From Candidatus Omnitrophota bacterium (lineage in GTDB: Bacteria > Omnitrophota > Gorgyraeia > Zapsychrales > Fredricksoniimonadaceae), in assembly GCA_030650275.1 (NCBI GenBank), contig JAUSEK010000021.1, positions 20,106 through 84,105 of the forward strand: a DNA stretch of 64,000 bases, in the 5' to 3' direction. The notes under the pieces were generated by a model. The model saw nothing but the letters and a program-made list of their open reading frames with translations. It had not been told where the DNA came from and made no database searches. A program made the translations under genes and the position numbers. This document shows positions 18,032-26,830 of the stretch, piece by piece (position 1 is the first letter of the stretch; each line of letters starts with the position of its first letter).

Positions 18032-18583
18032 ATGTATATAGGGAAGAAAGTTGAAACCATCCGCAAGGCGCAAAAAATGTCTTTGACGGAACTCTCCAAG
18101 AAAAGCGGGGTCCAGCTGGCCACGTTGAGCCGCATTGAGAACATGAAAATGGTGGGCACGCTGGAGTCGCACATCAATATCGCCAAGGCGCTGGGCATTG
18201 ACGTGACGGAATTATACCGCGGCATTGACCAGAAGTCCGCGATCCTGGATGTAGGGCCGGACCAGAGCGGCGCAGATATTTTCAGGCACAGCGAACGCTC
18301 TTCTTATGAGATCCTCACCAAAAACGTCCTGAAGAAAAAAATGATGCCGGTATTGATCCGTATTGAGGCGAACGGCAAGACGAACACGGAACAAAACCAG
18401 CCGGGCACGGAAAAATTCATTTTTGTCCTGGAGGGCGTGGTTGAGGCAGACATCAACGGGGCGAAATTCCGTTTGAGCAAACACAATACATTCTATTTTG
18501 ATTCTTCCCTTCCCCATCATTTCATCAATAAAGGAAGGTCAACCGCGCGCGTACTGTGCGTGGGCACGCCGGTATCCCTTTAA
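18032..18583 (+). CDS. XRE-family HTH transcriptional regulator with C-terminal cupin domain
   Basis: MYIGKKVETIRKAQKMSLTELSKKSGVQLATLSRIE HTH_XRE; AAGGGGG SD before the ATG at 18032. Confidence 0.8.
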   Translation: MYIGKKVETIRKAQKMSLTELSKKSGVQLATLSRIENMKMVGTLESHINIAKALGIDVTELYRGIDQKSAILDVGPDQSGADIFRHSERSSYEILTKNVLKKKMMPVLIRIEANGKTNTEQNQPGTEKFIFVLEGVVEADINGAKFRLSKHNTFYFDSSLPHHFINKGRSTARVLCVGTPVSL

Positions 18584-18612
18584 AACAATCCCCAAAAACC
18601 AAGGAGATGGCT

Positions 18613-18972
18613 ATGTCAGGAAAAATTTTGATCTGTGATGACGAGGAAGGTATCCGCGAGTCCTTAAAACTCATTTTGTGCGACCATTACGACCTGGTGG
18701 TCGTGGACAGCGGCGAACAGGCCCTGCACACATTGGCGAACGCAAAAGACATCAAAGTAGCGCTCTTGGACATAAAGATGCCCAGGGTCAATGGTCTGGA
18801 TGTCCTGCAGGAGATCAAATCAAAATATCCCGAGGTGAAGATCATCATGGTCACCGGCTACCGGTCGGTGGAAACAGCCGCCGAAGCCGCGCGTCTGGGA
18901 GCGTCGGGGTACATCATCAAACCGTTCAAGGCGGAAGAGATTTTAGAGGTTGTTAAACGAAATATTCATTAA
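18613..18972 (+). CDS. Stand-alone response regulator receiver (CheY-like)
   Basis: KILICDDEEGIRESLK...LLDIKMPRVNGLDVL...IMVTGY...GYIIKPF; AAGGAG SD. Confidence 0.85.
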   Translation: MSGKILICDDEEGIRESLKLILCDHYDLVVVDSGEQALHTLANAKDIKVALLDIKMPRVNGLDVLQEIKSKYPEVKIIMVTGYRSVETAAEAARLGASGYIIKPFKAEEILEVVKRNIH

Positions 18973-18982
18973 CTAATTGGTC

Positions 18983-20590
18983 ATGATTTATTTTATCATT
19001 AGTTCATTTCTTAATGCACTGACCAGTCTTTTATCCTGCTTTTTTGTCCTCTTCACTAACCCAAAAGCAAAAACAAATCAAACATTCGCTTTATACACAT
19101 TTTGTGTGTCCATGTGGGCAATTTTTTATTTGCTTTGGCTTACTGCTGATAATCCAGAAAATGCTCTTTTTTATGTAAAAATAATAAACATATCAGCATT
19201 GTTTATACCCTGCGCATTTCTTCATTTCAGTTGCTACCTATTAAATGAATATCAAAAACATAAGAAAATTATTTTCTTACTCTACCTATTTAATTTAATA
19301 CTATCCAGTACTGTAGGATTTACTGACCTATACATACTAGGAACAGAAAAACAATTAATTTTTCCCTATTGGCCAATAGCCGGAAAGTATTATATTCTTC
19401 TTTTCTTAGAATATGTTCTTATCGTCGGCTATTCGCTACTTATTATTTATAAAAAAATGAAAATAAGTGTAGGAATAAAGAATCTACAATTAAAATATCT
19501 ATTTTACGGAATACTCATCGCTTATATAGGGGGAGCAACGAATTTCCCTCTCTGTTATAATATCCCAATTCCTCCTTTCGGAAATTTCTTCGTTTCGCTC
19601 TATACAATCTTTATCACATACGCTATTTTAAAATATCAATTAATGGATATACACATTATTGTTAAAAAGAGCCTAGTTTATTCAATATTGATCGCAATAC
19701 TGACTGTATTCTATTTTAGTTCCATATATTTAGCCGAACGTATATTCCAAGAGATGCTTGGTTATAAATCATTGTTGATCTCCGTGACCTTGGCCTCATT
19801 CATTACGCTCATTTTTATTCCGCTTAAGAACATCATCCAATCTTTTATCGAAAAATATTTCTTTATGGGTAATTTCTTCCAACTAGCAGAACAAAATGAA
19901 CAATTACGACGAGAAATTGTTCAATCCGAACGCCTGAAATCCATCGCCATCCTGGCCAGCGGCATGGCGCATGAGATCAAAAACCCGCTGACGGTCCTCA
20001 AAACCTTCAGCGAATTCCTGCCCCGAAAAATGGATGACAAAGAATTCCTCAAGAAATTCCAGCCCATGATCGCCCATGAGATCGACCGCATCAACGCTCT
20101 GGTTCATGAACTCCTGGACTTTGCCAAACCAGCTCCCCTTCAGATAAAGCCAACGCCCATCCACGCCCTTTTAGACCAAACATTGGAGATCTTAAGCAAT
20201 GATTTTCTGAAACACAAAATTAACGTTCATAAGGACTATAGCCTGACAACGCCGGCGATATTGAATCTGGACCCCAATCAATTCAAACAAGCCCTGTTGA
20301 ATATACTGCTGAATGCCATGGAAGCCATGCCGACGGGCGGCGCCGTCACCGTGACCACCCTCCCTTCTTCCGACCTGCAATACGCCCTGATCAAGATCCA
20401 GGATACCGGATGCGGGATCAGAAATGAAGATATCGCCCACATTTTTGACCCGTTCTTCACCAAAAAAGACCACGGCACCGGGCTTGGGCTCTCTATAACA
20501 TACGAAATTGTGCGGGGACATCAGGGAAAAATATTTGCGGAAAGTGAAAAAGACAGGGGCACGGCGTTCGTGATCGAACTGCCTTTATAA
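18983..20590 (+). CDS. Membrane sensor histidine kinase (~8 TM N-terminal module, HisKA, HATPase_c)
   Basis: AHEIKNPLTVL H-box; NAMEAMPTGG N-box; GTGLGL G2-box; N-terminal ~290 aa very AT-rich and hydrophobic. Confidence 0.85.
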   Translation: MIYFIISSFLNALTSLLSCFFVLFTNPKAKTNQTFALYTFCVSMWAIFYLLWLTADNPENALFYVKIINISALFIPCAFLHFSCYLLNEYQKHKKIIFLLYLFNLILSSTVGFTDLYILGTEKQLIFPYWPIAGKYYILLFLEYVLIVGYSLLIIYKKMKISVGIKNLQLKYLFYGILIAYIGGATNFPLCYNIPIPPFGNFFVSLYTIFITYAILKYQLMDIHIIVKKSLVYSILIAILTVFYFSSIYLAERIFQEMLGYKSLLISVTLASFITLIFIPLKNIIQSFIEKYFFMGNFFQLAEQNEQLRREIVQSERLKSIAILASGMAHEIKNPLTVLKTFSEFLPRKMDDKEFLKKFQPMIAHEIDRINALVHELLDFAKPAPLQIKPTPIHALLDQTLEILSNDFLKHKINVHKDYSLTTPAILNLDPNQFKQALLNILLNAMEAMPTGGAVTVTTLPSSDLQYALIKIQDTGCGIRNEDIAHIFDPFFTKKDHGTGLGLSITYEIVRGHQGKIFAESEKDRGTAFVIELPL

Positions 20591-21769
20591 TTCCCCTTTG
20601 TGATAGAGTTCAACGATGGCCCGCACCGGCCTGGGGTTGAACTGCTTGCCGGAATATTTCTGGATCTCCGCGAGGGCGATCTCTTTGCTCAAACCCTTGC
20701 GGTAAGAACGGTCGGTGGTGATGGCATCAAATGTGTCTGCCACGGCGATAATGGCCGCGATCATCGGAATGGATTCTCCTTTTAAACCATCCGGATAACC
20801 GGCGCCGTCATAACGCTCGTGGTGGTATTTGACGCCGTTGATGCATTCCTCAAAACCCGTCAGGGGTGAAAGTATTTCCGCCCCGCGGGTGGTGTGGGTT
20901 TTCATGATCTCATACTCTTGCGGCGTCAATTTGTCCTGCTTGCACAAAATGGACTCTGGCACGCCGATCTTCCCGATGTCGTGCAATAATCCGGCGATAT
21001 AAAGGTTCTCAAAAAATTTGGGAGGGAAATCCGCTGTCCCGTTGGCTTCCATTTGCCGCGCGACCGCAAGGGCGTATTTCGTGACGCGCTCGGTATGGCC
21101 GTGCGTATAAGCGTCCTTGGCTTCAATGGCCGACCCCAGGGCGATCGTGGTCTGGATGAAAAGATTACGGTTGCGTTCCGCTTCCCTCTTTAAATCCTCG
21201 AACAATTCGGCATTGCGTATGGCCATGGCCACGTCAGAAGCCAGCGCGGAAAAGAAATCCAGTTCTTCCTGGTCAAAACGCGTTTTATCGTATTTCTCCC
21301 CCAATAATAAGATCGCCAAAAGCATATGCTGATGATAAGCCGGCACGCAGGCCACGGCATTGAGTTTCGGCATTTGATGGCTGACGTCATGCAGGAGTTT
21401 TTTACTGCCGTTGCCGTTGGAAATGACGCTTTCCTTCCATATCATTTTATTGATGTCCTCGGCCAGGATCGCGTTGCGGTTCCCGACAAGGTATTTGTAT
21501 TCCTTTTCAATGAACAACTTGATGATGGGGTGGTTGCGGTCAAAACGGACAAAGCCCTCCGGGATCCTGGCGCCCTGCTCTCCGCGGGAAATGGACAGGA
21601 CATAATTGTCCTTAACAGGGTCATAGAGGATCATGCCGGCATGCTGGATACGGACCTTTTGGACAATGGAACGGACGATGAGTTTGATCAAAAGCCGGGG
21701 ATCGTGGATGAGGATCATCCCCTTGGCCGCGGATTCCAGTTCTTTCTTATAATCGATCTTGGTGGACAT
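20585..21769 (-). CDS. GAF + HD-GYP domain c-di-GMP phosphodiesterase
   Basis: HDIGKIGVP...HHERYDGAGYPDGL HD-GYP signature; convergent 6-nt overlap with the preceding kinase. Confidence 0.9.
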   Translation of the reverse strand: MSTKIDYKKELESAAKGMILIHDPRLLIKLIVRSIVQKVRIQHAGMILYDPVKDNYVLSISRGEQGARIPEGFVRFDRNHPIIKLFIEKEYKYLVGNRNAILAEDINKMIWKESVISNGNGSKKLLHDVSHQMPKLNAVACVPAYHQHMLLAILLLGEKYDKTRFDQEELDFFSALASDVAMAIRNAELFEDLKREAERNRNLFIQTTIALGSAIEAKDAYTHGHTERVTKYALAVARQMEANGTADFPPKFFENLYIAGLLHDIGKIGVPESILCKQDKLTPQEYEIMKTHTTRGAEILSPLTGFEECINGVKYHHERYDGAGYPDGLKGESIPMIAAIIAVADTFDAITTDRSYRKGLSKEIALAEIQKYSGKQFNPRPVRAIVELYHKGEL

Positions 21770-22128
21770 TAGGAAGCCATCTGGCTTAAAACGATCTTCT
21801 CGAGTTCCTCAAGGATAAGAGGTTTGTGGACATAACTGATGACGCCCAGGGCATTGGCTTCTTTAATGACCGCTTCATCCTCGACGCCGGTGACCATGAT
21901 GACCTTGGTCTGCTTGTCTGTTTTACGCAATTCGCGCAAGACCTCTATTCCGGTCATTTCCTCCATGCGCACATCCAGCAAAACAAGTTGGGGCTTGTTC
22001 TTGATGATCAGATCCAGGGCCTCACGGCCGCCGGAGGCCGTCAGGACCTCAATGCCGCGTTTTTTAAAAAAACTCTTCGCGAATTCCCGGATGTCCGACT
22101 CATCATCCACGATCAAAAGTTTGGACAT
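21769..22128 (-). CDS. Response regulator receiver (CheY-like), single domain
   Basis: KLLIVDDESDIREFAK...LLDVRMEEMTGIEVL...IMVTG...YVHKPL. Confidence 0.9.
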   Translation of the reverse strand: MSKLLIVDDESDIREFAKSFFKKRGIEVLTASGGREALDLIIKNKPQLVLLDVRMEEMTGIEVLRELRKTDKQTKVIMVTGVEDEAVIKEANALGVISYVHKPLILEELEKIVLSQMAS

Positions 22129-22158
22129 ATCAAACCCCTTTATATTTTAATAAAAATA

Positions 22159-24327
22159 TCATTCAACAGCAACGGGAAGACGCAATTTCATCCGTGTCCC
22201 GGCCATATAATCGGACAACATTTCCACTTTTCCTTTATGATTGTCCTCAATGATCTTCTTGATCACATAAAGCCCGAGGCCCGTGCCTTTCTTGCTGGAA
22301 AGTTTGGTGGTAAAAAAAGGCGTGAATAATTTATGGACGTCTTCTTTTTTCACTCCCATGCCATTGTCCTCAAAGATAATCTCAACCCAACCATCCTCCG
22401 GCGCCACACGGACCGTCAGTGTCGGCTGATACTGCGGCTCTTGCTTTTCGGTCTTTCTTTGCATCATCGCGTCATAAGCGTTATCGATGAGGTTAAAGAA
22501 AACCTCCTGCAGTTGCGTAAAATTCCCTTTGATCTTGGGGATATTCTGCGGGTCATAGGCGTGCACCACCTGAAGTTCCTGCACCTTGATCTTGAATTGG
22601 GCCATTTCAAAAGCGGACTTGAAGGCCTGGTTAAAATCAATGGCCGCGAAACCGGCATCGCCTTTGCGCGTGTATTTCAAAAGGCCCTGCACGACCTCGC
22701 CCCCCTGCACCACATTCTCCTGCACGCGGTTGAAAGCCCGCTCAAGGTCCGCTAAAAGTTCTTTGACCTTGTCAGAACCCTCCATATTCTTGCTCAATTT
22801 CAAGGAATCCAAAGCATCGCCGGCAATAAAGCCGAGGGCATGAAAACGGTTATTGATCTGATGCGACAGGCCGTCGGCCATGGTCCCGATGGTGGCCATC
22901 TTTTCCGCCTGGAACAACTGCTGTTGTGTGATTTTCATGTCTTCATAAAATTGGGCATTCTCAATGGCCAAAGCCGTCTGATTTGCCAAAATGGAAAACA
23001 CAGATAAGTCGTCTTCGCTATATAATTTTCCGGATTCTTTCTTACCTAAAATAATAATGGCTAATAAGCGCTTCTCGATCAAAATAGGCAAAACCAGGTC
23101 TCCTTCCAATGCCGCCACGATCTTCTCAACGGCAACCAGGTCCTGATCAGCGTAATCCTGGATCTTTTGCTTAAGCTCTTCATAAACGATGGGAGCGCCG
23201 GTTTCGACCAAATAGGTTATCAAAGGCGAATCATCCGCAATGGTTTTGATAAAGGTGACATTGCCGCTGCGGCGCTTATGAGCACCCAGAATAAACTGAT
23301 TCTTAGGCCGGTCATGCATATACACCAAAGCATGGTCCAGACGGACCGCGCGGGTGACGATATAAACGATCAGGTTCAGCAATTTCTTTAAGTCCTTTAC
23401 CCTGCTCATCCCCGTAGAGGCCTGACGCAATGTCGTCTGGTAGCGGCGTTGCTCCTGCAATAACTGGTCTTCCGCCCTTTTTTGTAAAAATAAATAAATA
23501 AACGGCCCTACCGTAGCAAGGAATCCCATTAGTGTAATAGGTATTAACCATAGGCCTTGGCCTAATAATTTGAAACCGACCCAAATAGGAATGCCTAATA
23601 CAAGAGTATAAACAATAATGAAAGTGGTAGCCCTAGTAATTGCTACACGAATATCCATTAGTTGATATTTAACTATTGTATAGCTAACTATGATGAACCA
23701 AAAAATCGTTAAGGGAGGGCCAAGCCAGATATAATCAAATACTCGAAACCATAATAAATAAACGTTGCTAGCTCCTGACATTAAAGCAATGGTGAGATTT
23801 GCTATGGTAATATACTTGAGTTGAAGTTTTAAAATTCCTTCAGATCTTATAAAATTTTGAAAAAACCGTATAAAAGCAAAAAGCAGCAAGGCACATAGCT
23901 GCACATCCCACAATATTTTACTCGGACCATAAATAAACCCTTTCACTCCATTATCAACAAAAACACCTTTTATAATCATATCTGTCTCAAAAATCAGATA
24001 GGAAAGAAGAATCATGGGAGAAAAAACTAATAAAGTTCTAAATTGAAAAATTTTGGATTGCGCGTAGGAATAACAATATGCAAAAAGAAGAAACGATGGA
24101 GCAATAAAGCCTCCTGTGGAATACAAAAACTTCGCCCAAAACAACTCTCCCGACTTATCAGAGACCAAAAAAAACATACCAAGACCAAAAGACCATAAAG
24201 TCATGGAATTTGCAAAGATGGCAAAAAAACGAGCTAGAAATTTATTGTGACCTTTGAATAAAATAAATGCGGAAAAAAGAAAATAGGCGAAAGCGAAGAA
24301 AAAAAGCAGATAGGCTTTTAATAACAC
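22159..24327 (-). CDS. 7TM sensor histidine kinase with GAF domain (7TM, GAF, HisKA, HATPase_c)
   Basis: 722 aa; LSHQINNRFHAL H-box; NLIDNAYDAM N-box; GTGLGL; N-terminal 7-TM module AT-rich. Confidence 0.85.
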   Translation of the reverse strand: MLLKAYLLFFFAFAYFLFSAFILFKGHNKFLARFFAIFANSMTLWSFGLGMFFLVSDKSGELFWAKFLYSTGGFIAPSFLLFAYCYSYAQSKIFQFRTLLVFSPMILLSYLIFETDMIIKGVFVDNGVKGFIYGPSKILWDVQLCALLLFAFIRFFQNFIRSEGILKLQLKYITIANLTIALMSGASNVYLLWFRVFDYIWLGPPLTIFWFIIVSYTIVKYQLMDIRVAITRATTFIIVYTLVLGIPIWVGFKLLGQGLWLIPITLMGFLATVGPFIYLFLQKRAEDQLLQEQRRYQTTLRQASTGMSRVKDLKKLLNLIVYIVTRAVRLDHALVYMHDRPKNQFILGAHKRRSGNVTFIKTIADDSPLITYLVETGAPIVYEELKQKIQDYADQDLVAVEKIVAALEGDLVLPILIEKRLLAIIILGKKESGKLYSEDDLSVFSILANQTALAIENAQFYEDMKITQQQLFQAEKMATIGTMADGLSHQINNRFHALGFIAGDALDSLKLSKNMEGSDKVKELLADLERAFNRVQENVVQGGEVVQGLLKYTRKGDAGFAAIDFNQAFKSAFEMAQFKIKVQELQVVHAYDPQNIPKIKGNFTQLQEVFFNLIDNAYDAMMQRKTEKQEPQYQPTLTVRVAPEDGWVEIIFEDNGMGVKKEDVHKLFTPFFTTKLSSKKGTGLGLYVIKKIIEDNHKGKVEMLSDYMAGTRMKLRLPVAVE

Positions 24328-24923
24328 TATCCAACCTCTGGTACTTCAACGGCCTTCCAAATTAAATCTTTATTTGTTAAATAAAACTTCACAGAGGTTA
24401 TCTCACCAAATGCGGAGACACCGAAGAAAATCTTGGTCGTACCAAAAACAAGCTGTAATTTCTTCTTTATAATTCTAGTTTCAGCATAAAACGTCGTCCC
24501 TTCTTTTCTAGGTTGTATTAGGCCATTATTCAATGCACCATTTGCTAAGAAAACATGCTCTGCTTCTACTGCTTGAGGTGTAAATTCGGGATATTGAAAA
24601 GCAACGTGAACTGTCCCAGAAGACGGCATCAATAAACCTGCCAATGCCAGATATATGGTTTCATTATAATGGCCTTTTGTATCTTGCCGAGAAATACTTC
24701 CTACAACAATACTGCTCGTACATTCTGGCCGGGAGTTATCGCTCTTAAAAATAATAATTTTATTCGCCCTTAAGAAAGGGGGAGTAAAAGCAAGAACAGT
24801 CATCATTTTCTTTTGATCAGCTTTTAGAAGAATTTCTTTATTGCTGTATCTATCCCGAAGATCAAAAGGCAATTGTTTACCAAAAAAATCTTCTACTTCC
24901 TGAATTACAGTTTTAGGACTCAT
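24327..24923 (-). CDS. Hypothetical protein co-transcribed with the 7TM kinase (possibly YfiR/DUF4154-like accessory)
   Basis: 198 aa; AT-rich; start/stop overlaps with neighbours; no clear motif. Confidence 0.55.
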   Translation of the reverse strand: MSPKTVIQEVEDFFGKQLPFDLRDRYSNKEILLKADQKKMMTVLAFTPPFLRANKIIIFKSDNSRPECTSSIVVGSISRQDTKGHYNETIYLALAGLLMPSSGTVHVAFQYPEFTPQAVEAEHVFLANGALNNGLIQPRKEGTTFYAETRIIKKKLQLVFGTTKIFFGVSAFGEITSVKFYLTNKDLIWKAVEVPEVG

Positions 24924-24936
24924 AAAAAGCTTAAAA

Positions 24937-26220
24937 TTAAAATTTATAGGTTAATGTCATAAGGCCAATATTCGTAAATTGTTTATAATCCCCATCAACG
25001 GTGGCGCCGCTGGAGGAGCCGACATCGTTATCGATCTTCCTGTGTTCATAGATCAAGGCCGAGTAGGCCAGATCCAGGGTCAAACGCGGGGTCAGGTCAT
25101 AGCCCAAGCCGGTCGTGATGCCGTGGGAATCGCTGTCCGGCAAACGGGGATCCCAGGTGGTCTGGGGAATAGGCGTATTGTGATGATAATACCCGCCGCG
25201 CAGGCGCAAACGGTCGTTGGCCGCATACTCCGCGCCAACGGCCTGGGACCACACCGACTTCCAGTCCCGCGACGCGGGGTTCCCGTCGTTTAAGACCAGC
25301 AACCGCGTGGTGTCTGTTTCATCCCTCCAATTAACGGCCTCATTCTTAACGCTGGACCAGTCCATCCATTCCACATCAAGATTAACGGTCCACTTGTTCG
25401 TGGGCTTAAAACTGTAGCCCAGCACAACACTTTGGGGCAAGGTGAATTTCTCGGTCAACGTGGTCTCATAAGCCGTGCCTCCGAAAATCGCCTGGTAATT
25501 GCTTCCGCTGCTGTTCAGGTTGTTCAAATACCCCTTACCTTCATAAATATGCTTGATACGGCTGCGGTACATCAAACCGAGTTGATGGCGGTCATTGACC
25601 TTATACATCGTGGCCAGCCGATAACCCCACGCGTTGTCCCTGGCTTTCAATTGAAAATCGCCGTCGGTACCGCCCGTTTGAGGCAGTTTCTTTTTCTTAT
25701 TGGCTTTAGAATGATCATTGTCCGCGCTGACAGCCAAAGACCATTGGTCCGTCACCTGATAAGCCGCGGTCAGCATATAATCCTTGTTTTCGATCACAGA
25801 TTCAGTGGCCACATAACGCAAATTGCTGTCCTGCGCCCAGTTCGTGCCAAGGCCGAAATAAGAAGTTTCTCCCACGCCGAGGGACAATTTATTATTGATG
25901 GGAACGGCTAAATACGCGTGCGGCACAAAAAACGTATCGCGGCGCATCTGTGTTTTATCACCGGCAAAATTCTTGTAATCCACCTGTGGAGCGATCAGCG
26001 CTGATCCGACGGACACCTGTGTATCCCTGATCTGGGTCAAACCGGCTGGGTTATAATAAATGGCTGCTGGAGTGTTGGCCTGACCGACAAAAGCAGAGCC
26101 CTTACCCATGGCGCCCGCATCGGGCGTTTCAACACGAAACGAACCCGAACCGGCCGCAAAAGCATTGCCTCCCCAAAGAACACTTAAAGCAATAACGGCA
26201 AATGCAGAACATTTGAACAT
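24937..26220 (-). CDS. FadL/OMPP1/TodX-family outer-membrane hydrophobic-compound channel
   Basis: Signal peptide MFKCSAFAVIALSVLWGGNAFA; AIYYNPAGL NPA motif; C-terminal ...LTYKF aromatic terminus. Confidence 0.85.
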   Translation of the reverse strand: MFKCSAFAVIALSVLWGGNAFAAGSGSFRVETPDAGAMGKGSAFVGQANTPAAIYYNPAGLTQIRDTQVSVGSALIAPQVDYKNFAGDKTQMRRDTFFVPHAYLAVPINNKLSLGVGETSYFGLGTNWAQDSNLRYVATESVIENKDYMLTAAYQVTDQWSLAVSADNDHSKANKKKKLPQTGGTDGDFQLKARDNAWGYRLATMYKVNDRHQLGLMYRSRIKHIYEGKGYLNNLNSSGSNYQAIFGGTAYETTLTEKFTLPQSVVLGYSFKPTNKWTVNLDVEWMDWSSVKNEAVNWRDETDTTRLLVLNDGNPASRDWKSVWSQAVGAEYAANDRLRLRGGYYHHNTPIPQTTWDPRLPDSDSHGITTGLGYDLTPRLTLDLAYSALIYEHRKIDNDVGSSSGATVDGDYKQFTNIGLMTLTYKF

Positions 26221-26352
26221 CGCCTGCCTCCTGTTTCAATTTTAGGAATATTTTATATTTATAATAATGAGTTAATTATATCCTCGTCGAAAGGGAGCCG
26301 CAAGGATGAAATCGGAAATTTTAGGAAGGCGCCAAGATCAAGGATTGATCAA

Positions 26353-26814
26353 CTATTCATAACCATACTTTTTGGGGTTTGAAAAGATCGCATCAATGGT
26401 GGAATTTGCCTGTTCATCACTTAACTCAACTTTCTTTAAAATTTCAAGGAGTTGTTCCTTATCTCTTTTATTGACTGCTAAATCAAATACCTCTGATAAT
26501 TTAGCTGCAAATAACCTTTCATTGACGGTCATGGCACTGAATCTTTTCCCTTCCTTGGAATTCTTCTTAATTAAATCCAGGTCCCAACCTCGATCTTTTG
26601 CCTCCTTTTCTAATTCTTTCAGTTTTTCAGTCAAAATAATCTCCATCTCATCTAAAGGCGGGGGAAAAAACCAATCCATCAATTTTTCTAATTGATCCTG
26701 AGGCATATGTTTATCCAATTCTCTGATAAGACTATCGATCTTAGGAGAAAAAACAGAAAGTTTATAAATTAAAATGTCGATTATCGGGTCACCACTCGGT
26801 TCAATCATTGTCAT
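26353..26814 (-). CDS. Small cytoplasmic helical protein, candidate immunity protein for the upstream toxin-like gene
   Basis: 153 aa, no signal peptide; low GC; begins 16 nt after the stop of the 742-aa secreted protein. Confidence 0.55.
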   Translation of the reverse strand: MTMIEPSGDPIIDILIYKLSVFSPKIDSLIRELDKHMPQDQLEKLMDWFFPPPLDEMEIILTEKLKELEKEAKDRGWDLDLIKKNSKEGKRFSAMTVNERLFAAKLSEVFDLAVNKRDKEQLLEILKKVELSDEQANSTIDAIFSNPKKYGYE

Positions 26815-26830
26815 AAATAGATCCTTTAAA

